DNA of 64,000 nt, from assembly GCA_964572035.1 (NCBI GenBank), contig CAZNDX010000002.1, positions 63,007-127,006 of the forward strand, in the 5' to 3' direction. This stretch comes from an uncultured Methanosarcinales archaeon (GTDB taxonomy: Archaea; Nanobdellota; Nanobdellia; Woesearchaeales; ARS49). Shown here in pieces: positions 19,162-27,359 of this stretch. The stretch's first letter is position 1, and each line of letters opens with the position of its first letter. A program made the translations under genes and the position numbers. Under the pieces are notes generated by a model. It was not told the DNA's origin. It worked only from the letters and a program-made list of their open reading frames with translations, and did no database searches.

Positions 19162-19914
19162 ATGGTCAAGGCGATATTCTTTGACTTTTGGGGGACACTG
19201 GCTGAAAACGGCACGTACTCGCCCCTTAAGCAAACATTCCGCATATTGCGGGTCAGAATGCCATTTGGACAGTTCGCGGAACAATTCGAGCGAACATTCT
19301 TCACAAAACCATTTGAAGACCAAGTGGAAGCGTTCACACTAGTCTGCAATACATTCAACTGTCCGCCAAAACCATTCATCATAGACAAACTAGTCGGCGT
19401 ATGGAACAAAAACAAACTACTCGCCAAAGTCTACCCTGAAACAGTGGACGCGTTGAAGGCGCTCAAAGACAAGGGATTCAAACTTTATTTGATATCAAAT
19501 TCGCAATCAAACACAATAGAGCCATTAATTGAGAAATTCGGAATGAAAGACCTCTTCGATGGACTGTTTGTAAGCTACAGCGAAGGATGTCTCAAAACAG
19601 ACGGGCTCTTCGAAACAGCCCTTGGCAAAACAGGTCTATCAAAAGATGAAGTGGTATCAGTAGGCGATTCAATAGAAACTGACATACGAGGCGCAGAAAA
19701 AGCAGGCATCAAAGCGATACTAGTGGACAGACGAGGAACAAGAGAATTCCCAAACAAAATCGCGCTAATCACAGACCTTATTGATAAAATTGAATTAACT
19801 GCTGAGAAAAAACCCGCGAAGAAAGCGGTGAAAAAAGAAGAAAAATCGGAAAAAACTGAAGTTCCGAAAAAGAAAGTCGCAAAGAAAAAAACGGCCAAGA
19901 AAAAAGGAGAATAA
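19162..19914 (+). CDS. HAD-superfamily hydrolase with Lys-rich histone-H1-like C-terminal tail
   Basis: HAD motif I FFDFWGTL, motif III/IV (ISNS, VGDSIETDIRGA). C-terminal ~50 aa are KKxxKK-rich (KKPAKKAVKKEEKSEK...KKKTAKKKGE). Confidence 0.7.
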   Translation: MVKAIFFDFWGTLAENGTYSPLKQTFRILRVRMPFGQFAEQFERTFFTKPFEDQVEAFTLVCNTFNCPPKPFIIDKLVGVWNKNKLLAKVYPETVDALKALKDKGFKLYLISNSQSNTIEPLIEKFGMKDLFDGLFVSYSEGCLKTDGLFETALGKTGLSKDEVVSVGDSIETDIRGAEKAGIKAILVDRRGTREFPNKIALITDLIDKIELTAEKKPAKKAVKKEEKSEKTEVPKKKVAKKKTAKKKGE

Positions 19915-19915
19915 A

Positions 19916-20320
19916 ATGAAATGCGTATTTTGCGATATAATCGCAAAAAAAATACCATCACACATTGTGTACGAAGACAAAACAGTAATAGCATTTCTTG
20001 ACATCAAGCCAATAAACCCAGGACACGTTCTCGTAGTATCAAAAGAACATCACGCGGACATGCTGGAAACACCCGCCCATCTGCTTTCAGATATGATTCT
20101 GGTCTGCAAAAAAATAGGGGACGCGATAATGGAAGCTGTTGAGGCCGATGGATTCAACGTAGGAGTGAACAACAAAACCGCGGCAGGACAACTAATATTT
20201 CACACACACTTTCACGTAATACCTCGCTTTGAAAAAGACGGACTAAAGCATTGGCCGCATAAAACACTTGACGCAGAACAAATGGAAATCGCGTGCAAGG
20301 ACATCAAAGCGAGACTATGA
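19916..20320 (+). CDS. HIT-family (histidine triad) nucleotide hydrolase, canonical motif
   Basis: GHVLVVSKEHH and a canonical triad HTHFHVIPR. Confidence 0.8.
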   Translation: MKCVFCDIIAKKIPSHIVYEDKTVIAFLDIKPINPGHVLVVSKEHHADMLETPAHLLSDMILVCKKIGDAIMEAVEADGFNVGVNNKTAAGQLIFHTHFHVIPRFEKDGLKHWPHKTLDAEQMEIACKDIKARL

Positions 20321-21300
20321 TTATAGACGATATTCTTTGGGGAAAATTCGATATACGAGAATCAGTTCTTTGTGAAATAATTGAAAATCCAGCCATACAA
20401 AGACTAAAAGGCGTCAACCAAATGGGGGCGCCAGACAAATGGTTTGGACGAACGGGATTTAGCAGATACGACCACAGCATAGGAACAATGCTATTTTTGA
20501 GACGACACGGAGCGACACTTGAAGAACAAATCGCAGGGCTTGTTCACGATATTACGCATACAACATTCAGTCATTTGATAGATTGGATTTATGGCGATGC
20601 AAAAAAAGAAAACTTTCAAGATGATAGTCATGTAAAACATGTCAAAAAAACAAACTTAGTGGAAATTATAAGAAAACATAATTTGCCTGAGGATTGCGCC
20701 GTTTTTCCGGAAAAATATTTGTTACTAGAAAGACCCGCCCCGGACATTTGCGCTGACAGACTGGACTACTCACTTCGTGAAATGCGGTTAAATTATCCAC
20801 TGGAAATAGCGGAATTCTTAACACACTCACTAGTTCGCGTGGGAGATAGATTCTTGTTTTCCGGAGGAGACAGCGCGTACGCATTTTATTGCGGGTACAA
20901 CGCTTTGCAATCAGATAGCTGGGCAAGTCCGCACACGCTCGGAGTATATCACTTGCTGTCGACCGCGCTAAAAGCTGCCATTGATGACAAACTCCTAAGT
21001 TTTGAAGATTTTTACACAACAGATGAAGAAGTTATCCAAAAACTAAGAACTTCCCAAAATTCAAAAATACAATTAATTCTTGAAACACTAGACAACGGAT
21101 TTGAAGCAGAGTTTGATGAATCTTCACAATTAAAATTGCATAAAAAATTCAGGTATGTCAATCCTTCATATCTTGATGGCAGGGAAATAAAGTGTGTTTC
21201 AGACATGCCTGAAGTTGAGTATGAATCTTGGCTATCGGACGAGAAAAGGAGATACCAAGATGGAATAAACATACGCATTAAGACACCAATACCTTTTTAA
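20293..21300 (+). CDS. HD-domain metal-dependent phosphohydrolase
   Basis: HD motif region HSIGT...LVHDITH with downstream conserved Asp residues. 335 aa. Confidence 0.65.
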   Translation: MQGHQSETMIIDDILWGKFDIRESVLCEIIENPAIQRLKGVNQMGAPDKWFGRTGFSRYDHSIGTMLFLRRHGATLEEQIAGLVHDITHTTFSHLIDWIYGDAKKENFQDDSHVKHVKKTNLVEIIRKHNLPEDCAVFPEKYLLLERPAPDICADRLDYSLREMRLNYPLEIAEFLTHSLVRVGDRFLFSGGDSAYAFYCGYNALQSDSWASPHTLGVYHLLSTALKAAIDDKLLSFEDFYTTDEEVIQKLRTSQNSKIQLILETLDNGFEAEFDESSQLKLHKKFRYVNPSYLDGREIKCVSDMPEVEYESWLSDEKRRYQDGINIRIKTPIPF

Positions 21301-21327
21301 ATCATTAATAGCCGAATTCTTATCAAC

Positions 21328-21402
21328 GGCGGTGTAGCTCAGCCTGGTTAGAGCACTGGTTTCATAAGCCAGGGGTCGGGTGTTCAAATCTCCTCACCGC
21401 CA
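21328..21402 (+). tRNA. tRNA-Met (anticodon CAT; elongator Met or Ile2-type)
   Basis: 75-nt cloverleaf. Acceptor stem GGCGGUG/CACCGCC (G1:C72, so not an initiator). Anticodon stem-loop CUGGU-UUCAUAA-GCCAG. T-arm CGGGUGUUCAAAUCUCC. Confidence 0.85.
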
Positions 21403-21405
21403 TAA

Positions 21406-21552
21406 ATGAAAAACATACTTGGATGGATTTTGCTCATTGCGGCAATAGCCTCGTGGGCGTTATGGAACGCAGGATATGTAAAGACCGCGTTCGCAATACT
21501 TATACCGGCGATAATATTCAGTTTATACGTCATCTACGAACATTTTAAATAA
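21406..21552 (+). CDS. Small membrane protein (48 aa); not in the ORF track
   Basis: Manual translation gives MKNILGWILLIAAIASWALWNAGYVKTAFAILIPAIIFSLYVIYEHFK. It begins immediately 3' of tRNA-Met. Confidence 0.35.
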   Translation: MKNILGWILLIAAIASWALWNAGYVKTAFAILIPAIIFSLYVIYEHFK

Positions 21553-21607
21553 GCCAAAATAATCATATGAAGAAAGAAGCTCTTTGAGCTTTCAAAAAGG
21601 TGATAAA

Positions 21608-21763
21608 ATGGCAGACGCAAAAATTCGTGGATGGATATATTTGATTGTAGGCCTAGCCGCAATCTATTTGACATGGAGCGGACGCTCAGACTGGGCTTTG
21701 TACCTTCTAGCGCTTTCAATGGTGTTCTCAGGATACCATCACGCGTTCGGGAAACACAAGTAA
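21608..21763 (+). CDS. Small membrane protein (51 aa); not in the ORF track
   Basis: Manual translation gives MADAKIRGWIYLIVGLAAIYLTWSGRSDWALYLLALSMVFSGYHHAFGKHK. Preceded by GGTGAT. Confidence 0.35.
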   Translation: MADAKIRGWIYLIVGLAAIYLTWSGRSDWALYLLALSMVFSGYHHAFGKHK

Positions 21764-21777
21764 ATTCTTTTAATTTT

Positions 21778-22251
21778 TTATTTTCTTCTTAACGCCTTCT
21801 TCGCCACGTGCTTAAACATTCCAAAAATTGGCTTGGAGTAAATGACTGCAAAGAACGCAGCGACTAAAACAGTGAACGCGTCATAAGACTGACGCGCATA
21901 ATAATCGCAGCCCATAGGAGGAGTCGTGCAGGTCAACAGAAGGCCAAACTCATCTATGAACAAACCAAGGCCGGCGCCAAACAAGACTGCCGCGAAATTA
22001 AACATGTGCTCTCTGTTCGTTGTAAGGGCGATCCAGTTTGAAATTGCGACAAGAGCAAAACCGTAGTAGAAATGGTGAATGTGGTACTGGCTAATGTAAA
22101 GCCTCAGCCATTCAGGACCAAATAAAACAGTGCTTCTCGCGATTAAAAAAGCGACGATAAAAGAAACCGCGATGATGAACGGAGTTTTCTTGTTTCTTCT
22201 CAGAATATCCTGATAAAGCAAACTCTTCAAATCCCTGACGATATGAAGCAT
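21778..22251 (-). CDS. Membrane protein (4 TM), function unknown
   Basis: 157 aa with hydrophobic helices. Confidence 0.45.
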   Translation of the reverse strand: MLHIVRDLKSLLYQDILRRNKKTPFIIAVSFIVAFLIARSTVLFGPEWLRLYISQYHIHHFYYGFALVAISNWIALTTNREHMFNFAAVLFGAGLGLFIDEFGLLLTCTTPPMGCDYYARQSYDAFTVLVAAFFAVIYSKPIFGMFKHVAKKALRRK

Positions 22252-22706
22252 TAGTAATAATCCTCTTCCGGCATCCGGCCAAATTGAGTCGCGAACATTT
22301 TATTTCTCAACGCCAAAGAGCTTCCAAACATTACTTCAGTCCCAAAATAATCAGGAACATCCATCAAATTATGGAGGAAGACAGGACCGTGCTCCCATTT
22401 TGACTCGACCTGTTTATTTCTCAAAATTCCATAATGCTTGACATCAAAACGACTACCGGAGCCAACGCCGTAAAAAACAATATCTCCTTCATTCTCCTTT
22501 GCCAAAGTTCTCAAATAATGCAAAGTGTCAGTATTGCCAGGGAACCCGAAACTTTTCAAAACATAATTGCCACAATCATATTGCGCTTCATCGCCGATTA
22601 TTTTAAGGCCCAATTTTTCAAGCTCGGAGTAATCCCGATTAAGAAACAAATTGGTGATGAGCTTTCTTCGGTCATTGATTGGAATCCGCATAAGATAAAG
22701 AACCAA
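22251..22706 (-). CDS. Hypothetical protein
   Basis: 151-aa ORF. Its start codon overlaps the stop of the 21778-22251 gene, which suggests an operon. Confidence 0.4.
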   Translation of the reverse strand: MVLYLMRIPINDRRKLITNLFLNRDYSELEKLGLKIIGDEAQYDCGNYVLKSFGFPGNTDTLHYLRTLAKENEGDIVFYGVGSGSRFDVKHYGILRNKQVESKWEHGPVFLHNLMDVPDYFGTEVMFGSSLALRNKMFATQFGRMPEEDYY

Positions 22707-22746
22707 GACAACCTTTATAAACCTTGTTTGAACGCAAAGGAGTTAT

Positions 22747-22843
22747 GCCGCCGTGGCACAACCCGGTACTGCGCAACCCTGGAAAACAAATCCAGCGAGG
22801 TTGTTTCCTCACGGATTTCCCGGTTCAAATCCGGGCGGCGGCG
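22747..22843 (+). tRNA. tRNA-Ser (anticodon GGA) with a ~13-nt BHB intron in the anticodon loop
   Basis: Acceptor stem GCCGCCG/CGGCGGC, discriminator G. Anticodon stem CAACC...GGUUG with loop CUGGAA, interrupted by AACAAAUCCAGCG, whose UCCAG pairs with the loop CUGGA (bulge-helix-bulge). Long variable arm UUUCCUCACGGAUUU. T-arm CCCGGUUCAAAUCCGGG. Confidence 0.85.
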
Positions 22844-22930
22844 TTTATTTTATTTGGCTTCACGCCTATTCATTTCTTTAAACGGATTTGAAAATCCAGA
22901 CTGCGTCTGTCCGCCAAACAAGTTTGGCGT

Positions 22931-22946
22931 CCGGGCGGCGGCGTTT
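22931..22946 (+). repeat. Direct repeat of the 3'-terminal 16 nt of tRNA-Ser(GGA) (CCGGGCGGCGGCGTTT), 100 bp downstream of the original (22831-22846)
   Basis: Exact 16/16 match. It is preceded by a second shared block ACGGATTT (22882-22889 versus 22811-22818) and by two hairpins (CAGAC-TGC-GTCTG; CGCCAAAC-AA-GTTTGGCG at 22912-22929). Confidence 0.8.
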
Positions 22947-23993
22947 TTATCTTAACCTATTCGTCACATCAGTAAAAGAATTCTCATCAATAGGAATTGA
23001 ACGCTTCTTTTGAGAATTGAAATTGATTTTTTTCAAATCAACGGATTTTAGCGACAAAGAATCGTAAGAACGGAAATAAAATACTTTGTTCGTCAAATCT
23101 TTAACAACCGCCCACTGAGTATAATCCGCTGTTTCTCCTTTATCTGAAATATCTCCTTTAGGAATATCAACAGTATTAAGGATGTGTTGGGCGAGATTGA
23201 TCCCTTCTTTTGAATTTATTGGCTTTTTGGCGTAATGAGTAAACGCAGTCGCGCGAATAAATCTTGAAGGAGGAGTCCAATCGCCAGGAATTCCAAGCAT
23301 GCCAGTTCCTTCACCGGTTGTTTCAAGAACCAATTTTCCAAACGTCAGCGGATTAACATTTTGAGAGCGAAGATACAAATAATTTCTCAAGTTAGTAATG
23401 TGCCAATCAAAAGTCGGAGTATTTGTCAAAACACCGTTAGGATTATCGTAAATCTTTTTTTGACCGTTAACGAACTCAACAACTAAATTTTTTCCAGTCG
23501 CGTCGTGAACCGCGAAATGAACAGGAGGAACCATGCTCATCACTGAATTAAACTCTCCCCAAACAGTCGCGTTATTCAAAGCTGAGCGAACTTCGTCAAC
23601 CGAAGCGAAATTACCAAGCATCCAATTGCTCAAATCAGTAATTTCAACCACGTTTTTTGCGCCAGGTGAAACTGGCTCGTAAATCGTACCAGGGAACCAC
23701 AAAACACCAACAGAAAGACCTTTTTCATTCAAACCATCAACAGTAGTGTTCATTCCAAAAATATCAAGACCAACAAAACCATATTTAGAGTTCCATTTCA
23801 TCGCTTCAGAACCAACCGGAGAATTGCTGATGAAACGCTCTCCACGCGGGTGAATTATCAGTTTTGAATTTGTCTCAGGACCAAACTCCATAGAACGACC
23901 GTTAATCACAGAATTGTCACCGGATATAATCTGAAAATCAGTGCAGGCAAAAACTGAGCCCATACACAAAAGAATCATTAAAATTGCTTTCAT
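22947..23993 (-). CDS. Choloylglycine hydrolase/penicillin V acylase family (linear amide C-N hydrolase, Ntn hydrolase), secreted
   Basis: Signal peptide MKAILMILLCMGSVFA, then Cys as the predicted N-terminal nucleophile (CTDFQIISGDNSVINGRSMEFG), a pattern characteristic of the CGH/PVA family. The ORF is open from 24029, but the Met at 23993 fits the signal peptide better. Confidence 0.7.
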   Translation of the reverse strand: MKAILMILLCMGSVFACTDFQIISGDNSVINGRSMEFGPETNSKLIIHPRGERFISNSPVGSEAMKWNSKYGFVGLDIFGMNTTVDGLNEKGLSVGVLWFPGTIYEPVSPGAKNVVEITDLSNWMLGNFASVDEVRSALNNATVWGEFNSVMSMVPPVHFAVHDATGKNLVVEFVNGQKKIYDNPNGVLTNTPTFDWHITNLRNYLYLRSQNVNPLTFGKLVLETTGEGTGMLGIPGDWTPPSRFIRATAFTHYAKKPINSKEGINLAQHILNTVDIPKGDISDKGETADYTQWAVVKDLTNKVFYFRSYDSLSLKSVDLKKINFNSQKKRSIPIDENSFTDVTNRLR

Positions 23994-24095
23994 ACGAACA
24001 ACTCTAGAAATACAATATATAAGAATCACTCACCACGAGAAAATGAGAAAAAAATGAAAAACAAAGTTCGCTAATTTTCAGAAAAAACTAAGCAA

Positions 24096-24251
24096 TTAGA
24101 ATCGCTTTGGCTTTCTCTTGGCGTAGCAGTCACGGCAAAAGACTGGTTTTCCTTCAGTTGGCTTGAAAGGAACTTTAGTCTCTGCGCCACATTCAGTGCA
24201 CTTTGCATCATGCATCTCACGTGGAGCGCCGAAATCGTTTCCGAATCCCAT
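24096..24251 (-). CDS. Small zinc-ribbon protein (51 aa, CxxC-x17-CxxC); not in the ORF track
   Basis: Manual translation gives MGFGNDFGAPREMHDAKCTECGAETKVPFKPTEGKPVFCRDCYAKRKPKRF. The GGGTTTATAAAG promoter motif lies 77 nt upstream. Confidence 0.5.
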   Translation of the reverse strand: MGFGNDFGAPREMHDAKCTECGAETKVPFKPTEGKPVFCRDCYAKRKPKRF

Positions 24252-24324
24252 TTTGTTCTTCACCCGGTTGTCGTTAGTTATAGACGAGAATCAGCTCGTT
24301 ATACTGAAGATACCATCCATTTAG

Positions 24325-24336
24325 GGGTTTATAAAG
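24325..24336. promoter_or_regulatory. Promoter motif GGGTTTATAAAG, orientation unclear
   Basis: An exact copy of the 12-mer. The nearest start codon is the minus-strand Zn-ribbon gene at 24251. Confidence 0.3.
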
Positions 24337-24352
24337 CTATGCCTTTTTACGG

Positions 24353-24538
24353 TCATTCTTCCGCGTAAAGCAGGTAGACACAGATTACTGAAGTCGCGAG
24401 CCCGGAAACAAGCAGGAAAACATGCATGAGATCTGAATTTAGCGCATAACGGTCCATCAAAGTCCATAGACTGCGAAAAACAAGAACAGACGCGATTAAA
24501 AATGCCAGTTCAAGAACGACCGCTGTGCGAGTTTTCAC
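24353..24538 (-). CDS. Small two-TM membrane protein
   Basis: 61 aa, hydrophobic. Confidence 0.35.
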   Translation of the reverse strand: MKTRTAVVLELAFLIASVLVFRSLWTLMDRYALNSDLMHVFLLVSGLATSVICVYLLYAEE

Positions 24539-25172
24539 TTTTCAACCTCTTCAGAATGCTAATTGCCACGAAGTATATTAAAAATATATGTACGATCATA
24601 AGAAGCGGCCAAGTCCAAACATAATACGGCAGGCTAAAAGTGCAAGGATAATACACGCAATTAAGGTTGTAATCGCTTGGAAAAACAAAAGACCAAACCC
24701 AAATGGCCGCACCTTGCGCCAAACTGCCAATATATGCAAATGAAACAGGACCTTTCAGCAGGTAAAGCGCGTAAATGCACGCCGGCACGAAAAGAATATG
24801 CTGCAAGCTGTACAAATGAAGCCAATCAAACGCCCCATTCTTGAACATGTAAGTTGTGATGCCAAGAGGGGAAATTCCGGTAAGTAATTGCCACAAAAAA
24901 TCAAAAGACCAGACTAACTCCGGAATCGCCCCGAGACACAATTCAGCCAAAACCCAAAAACGAGAGTTAAGAAGAACGGCCAAACCCAGAATTATGAAAG
25001 TATGATTGCTAAACCAAATAACATATTGCTCGTTGCCCCACAAGATGAAAGTAATCGCAGGAAGCAAGCCAATCAGTAAAAGAACGGTGCCAACCCAAAT
25101 CCTCTTTTGCATTAAAGACGAAAAGGTAGAACTTAATAAAAATATAACGCCGGGGCCGGGATTTCCCGCCAC
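24510..25172 (-). CDS. Polytopic membrane protein, function unknown
   Basis: 220-aa ORF with 5-6 TM segments. The first 20 codons overlap the tRNA-Glu 3' repeat, so the true start may be the internal Met at 25112 (MQKRIWVGTV...). Confidence 0.5.
   Translation of the reverse strand: MAGNPGPGVIFLLSSTFSSLMQKRIWVGTVLLLIGLLPAITFILWGNEQYVIWFSNHTFIILGLAVLLNSRFWVLAELCLGAIPELVWSFDFLWQLLTGISPLGITTYMFKNGAFDWLHLYSLQHILFVPACIYALYLLKGPVSFAYIGSLAQGAAIWVWSFVFPSDYNLNCVYYPCTFSLPYYVWTWPLLMIVHIFLIYFVAISILKRLKSENSHSGRS
25146..25163 (-). repeat. Direct repeat of the 3'-terminal 18 nt of tRNA-Glu (minus strand AATCCCGGCCCCGGCGTT), 94 bp downstream of the tRNA 3' end
   Basis: Exact 18/18 match to 25240-25257. Read on the minus strand, the copy has a T-arm-like CCCGGGUUCG, two inserted hairpins (CTTTGAA...TTCAAAG; CCGCCAC-AAA-GTGGCGG), then AAATCCCGGCCCCGGCG. 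Confidence 0.8.
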
Positions 25173-25241
25173 TTTGTGGCGGTCCTTTGAACCGCTTCGC
25201 GTTTCAAAGCGAACCCGGGACGGTTCAGTAGAAAGATAAAA

Positions 25242-25316
25242 CGCCGGGGCCGGGATTCGAACCCGGGTCTCAGCCGCGAGAGGGCCGAATACTTGACCGG
25301 ACTATACTACCCCGGC
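25242..25316 (-). tRNA. tRNA-Glu (anticodon CTC)
   Basis: 75 nt. Acceptor stem GCCGGGG/CCCCGGC. Anticodon stem-loop CGGCC-CUCUCGC-GGCUG. T-arm CCGGGUUCGAAUCCCGG. Closely resembles archaeal tRNA-Glu. Confidence 0.85.
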
Positions 25317-25414
25317 AATAGCCCGCAATCGTGGACTCAACAGTCCTTGAGCCCACGCGAGCAATCTGTCTGGACAACAAGGGGTTTAAAAAGGTTGTTG
25401 CTATAACTCCTCGT

Positions 25415-26023
25415 ATGAAGCCATTAGTATTGTTTGACTTTGATGGAACAATAGCGAACACATTCGATGCCTTAGTCAACATTCTCAACAAGCACAAAGA
25501 CAAATACGGATATCAAAAAATAACTCCTGCGCTTGTCAAAAAATTAAGAGACAAATCGCTTTCCGAAATTGTGAACTTAGCCGGAATTTCAAAGTGGAAA
25601 TTGTTTTTCATCGCAAGAAGAGCAAAAAAAGAATTAAATTCGCAACTTGAAACAGTGCCTTTGGTGAAAGGAATGGGTGAAGTTTTCAGAACGTTACGCA
25701 AAAACTATCGAATAGGGATAATGTCAAGCAACAGCAAAAAGAACGTTTTCAAATTTTTAACACTGCACGGACTAAAAGCGGATGAAATTTATGGCGGTGT
25801 TTCACTTTTTAAAAAAGCGCGCAAGCTAAGAAAACTGCAGCCCATTGTTTATGTAGGAGATGAAGCGCGTGATGTCGAAGCGTGCGGCAAGGCCAAAGTG
25901 CCAATGATAGCGGTCGTTTGGGGATTCAACAGCGAAAAAGCGTTGAGGAACGCGGATTATGTCACAAAAAAACCAACGGATATTGTCAAGATTCTGGCAA
26001 AATTCGGGAATAAACTTAAATAG
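25415..26023 (+). CDS. HAD-superfamily phosphatase (phosphoglycolate phosphatase-like)
   Basis: Motif I VLFDFDGTIANT, motif II region MSSNSKK, motif IV VGDEARDVEA. The ORF is open from 25331 but the Met at 25415 precedes motif I. Confidence 0.7.
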   Translation: MKPLVLFDFDGTIANTFDALVNILNKHKDKYGYQKITPALVKKLRDKSLSEIVNLAGISKWKLFFIARRAKKELNSQLETVPLVKGMGEVFRTLRKNYRIGIMSSNSKKNVFKFLTLHGLKADEIYGGVSLFKKARKLRKLQPIVYVGDEARDVEACGKAKVPMIAVVWGFNSEKALRNADYVTKKPTDIVKILAKFGNKLK

Positions 26024-26049
26024 GTAAAAGTAGAACATTTTCCTAATCA

Positions 26050-26457
26050 TTGAGGTGTTATATGAAAACAGAATCGAAAAACTGTCTAAATTACGGAACA
26101 ACATTTCTCCGAACAATGCTCGGGCTATTGTTTATTGTTCCAGGAATAATGAAACTAATGAACATCAGCATTCCAACAGCAATGCTTGACGCGATAGGAT
26201 TTCCAGCCGCAGGAATACTCGCGTGGATACTCGCGATTTCAGAACTGGTCTTCGGAATTGCGGTGTTAGTGGGGTTCAAAGTAAAATACGCAGTATGGCC
26301 ACTAATTTTGGTGCTTGTTGTTGCAACAATAACAGTCCACATACCAAGTACAGACCCAATGAAATGGATAGATGTTTTGTTCCACTTGGTCGCAATCGCT
26401 GGACTGGTTCTCTTGACAAAATGCGGGCCAGGAAGGTGGGCGCTAGGAGACGAGTAA
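26050..26457 (+). CDS. DoxX-family membrane protein
   Basis: 135 aa with four TM helices and a DoxX-like N-terminus (LRTMLGLLFIVPGIMKL). Confidence 0.55.
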   Translation: MRCYMKTESKNCLNYGTTFLRTMLGLLFIVPGIMKLMNISIPTAMLDAIGFPAAGILAWILAISELVFGIAVLVGFKVKYAVWPLILVLVVATITVHIPSTDPMKWIDVLFHLVAIAGLVLLTKCGPGRWALGDE

Positions 26458-26474
26458 GAATAAATTTTATTTTT

Positions 26475-26771
26475 TTATTTTATTAAGCTTATAAAAAGCG
26501 CTAGAAACGCAATTATTGCACTAAGTATGGTGAAGATTAATATTTTTTTATTTAATTTATCTGTTTCCCATGCATTGATTAAAAGTAACGAGTTTGGACC
26601 AAGTCCGTAATAATTTTCTGTTTCTGAAAGAAGATATCCATGTCTTTCAAAATATTGTCGGTCAACAATGCTAACAATAACTTTTCTTACTTCCTCGGCT
26701 TGTATTCGTGAGTTAGGGAAATTCTCATACATTCGGTAAATCAGCTCTTTAAACTTCTGTTGTGACGTCAT
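26475..26771 (-). CDS. Small C-terminally membrane-anchored protein in an AT-rich island
   Basis: 98 aa with a soluble N-terminal domain and a C-terminal TM (ILIFTILSAIIAFLALFISLI). Local GC is ~25%. Confidence 0.4.
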   Translation of the reverse strand: MTSQQKFKELIYRMYENFPNSRIQAEEVRKVIVSIVDRQYFERHGYLLSETENYYGLGPNSLLLINAWETDKLNKKILIFTILSAIIAFLALFISLIK

Positions 26772-27274
26772 TTTGTGGGTGTAGTAATTGAGCGTACTAT
26801 GTTAAAACTGTGTTTTATGAATTCTTCATATTCTTTTTCAGTTATTGTTTTTTGTTTGTAGTGAATTTCATGAATTAATTGTAATAGCTTTTTAATCTCT
26901 TTTTTATCTTTAACTCTAAATTTTCTAAGGTTTTTAGTAGTTTGAAGAAGTTGAATCATCTCAAAAAGGGCTTGTGTTTTACGACTATATTGTCGGAAAT
27001 CAACAAAATTTATTAGTTTTCTGTATGCAAAAGTTATAAAAGGCAAAATTACGATTATTGCTAATGCCATGTTTGCTAAAGGTGTGTAACTTTTTGTGAT
27101 GGGTTCTAGAAAGGTAAATTTTTCAAAAACTCGAAAGAAAAAATCAGCCCAAATCACTAAAAATAAACCGCCAACTCCTATGACACTTGCATGTAGTATT
27201 GTGTTTAAATTGTTGACTTTTTCGTATTCCCTTTCGTACAAATTTATTAGTTGGTCAACTTTTTGTTCGTTCAT
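26768..27274 (-). CDS. Two-TM membrane protein in an AT-rich island (possibly SLATT-like)
   Basis: 168 aa with an N-terminal helix, two TM helices and a C-terminal charged helix. Overlaps the downstream gene by 4 nt. Local GC is ~25-30%. Confidence 0.4.
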   Translation of the reverse strand: MNEQKVDQLINLYEREYEKVNNLNTILHASVIGVGGLFLVIWADFFFRVFEKFTFLEPITKSYTPLANMALAIIVILPFITFAYRKLINFVDFRQYSRKTQALFEMIQLLQTTKNLRKFRVKDKKEIKKLLQLIHEIHYKQKTITEKEYEEFIKHSFNIVRSITTPTK

Positions 27275-27359
27275 ACGAATATTGCGCCCATACTATATTT
27301 AACTTTTTTTCTATTTTTTCCTCACCTTTTAATACAACCTCGCACTTTTTCTCTGAAAT

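Noticed and set aside
22434-22955. 173-aa plus-strand ORF
   Set aside because: It runs antisense through the 22251-22706 gene and across tRNA-Ser(GGA) and its downstream repeat. It has no start context and is not credible.
22847-25240. Complete integrated mobile element or provirus between the tRNA-Ser and tRNA-Glu repeats
   Set aside because: No integrase, recombinase, transposase, capsid or replication gene is present. The repeats are copies of two different tRNAs and so cannot be attL/attR of a single element. Only scars or other structures can be claimed.
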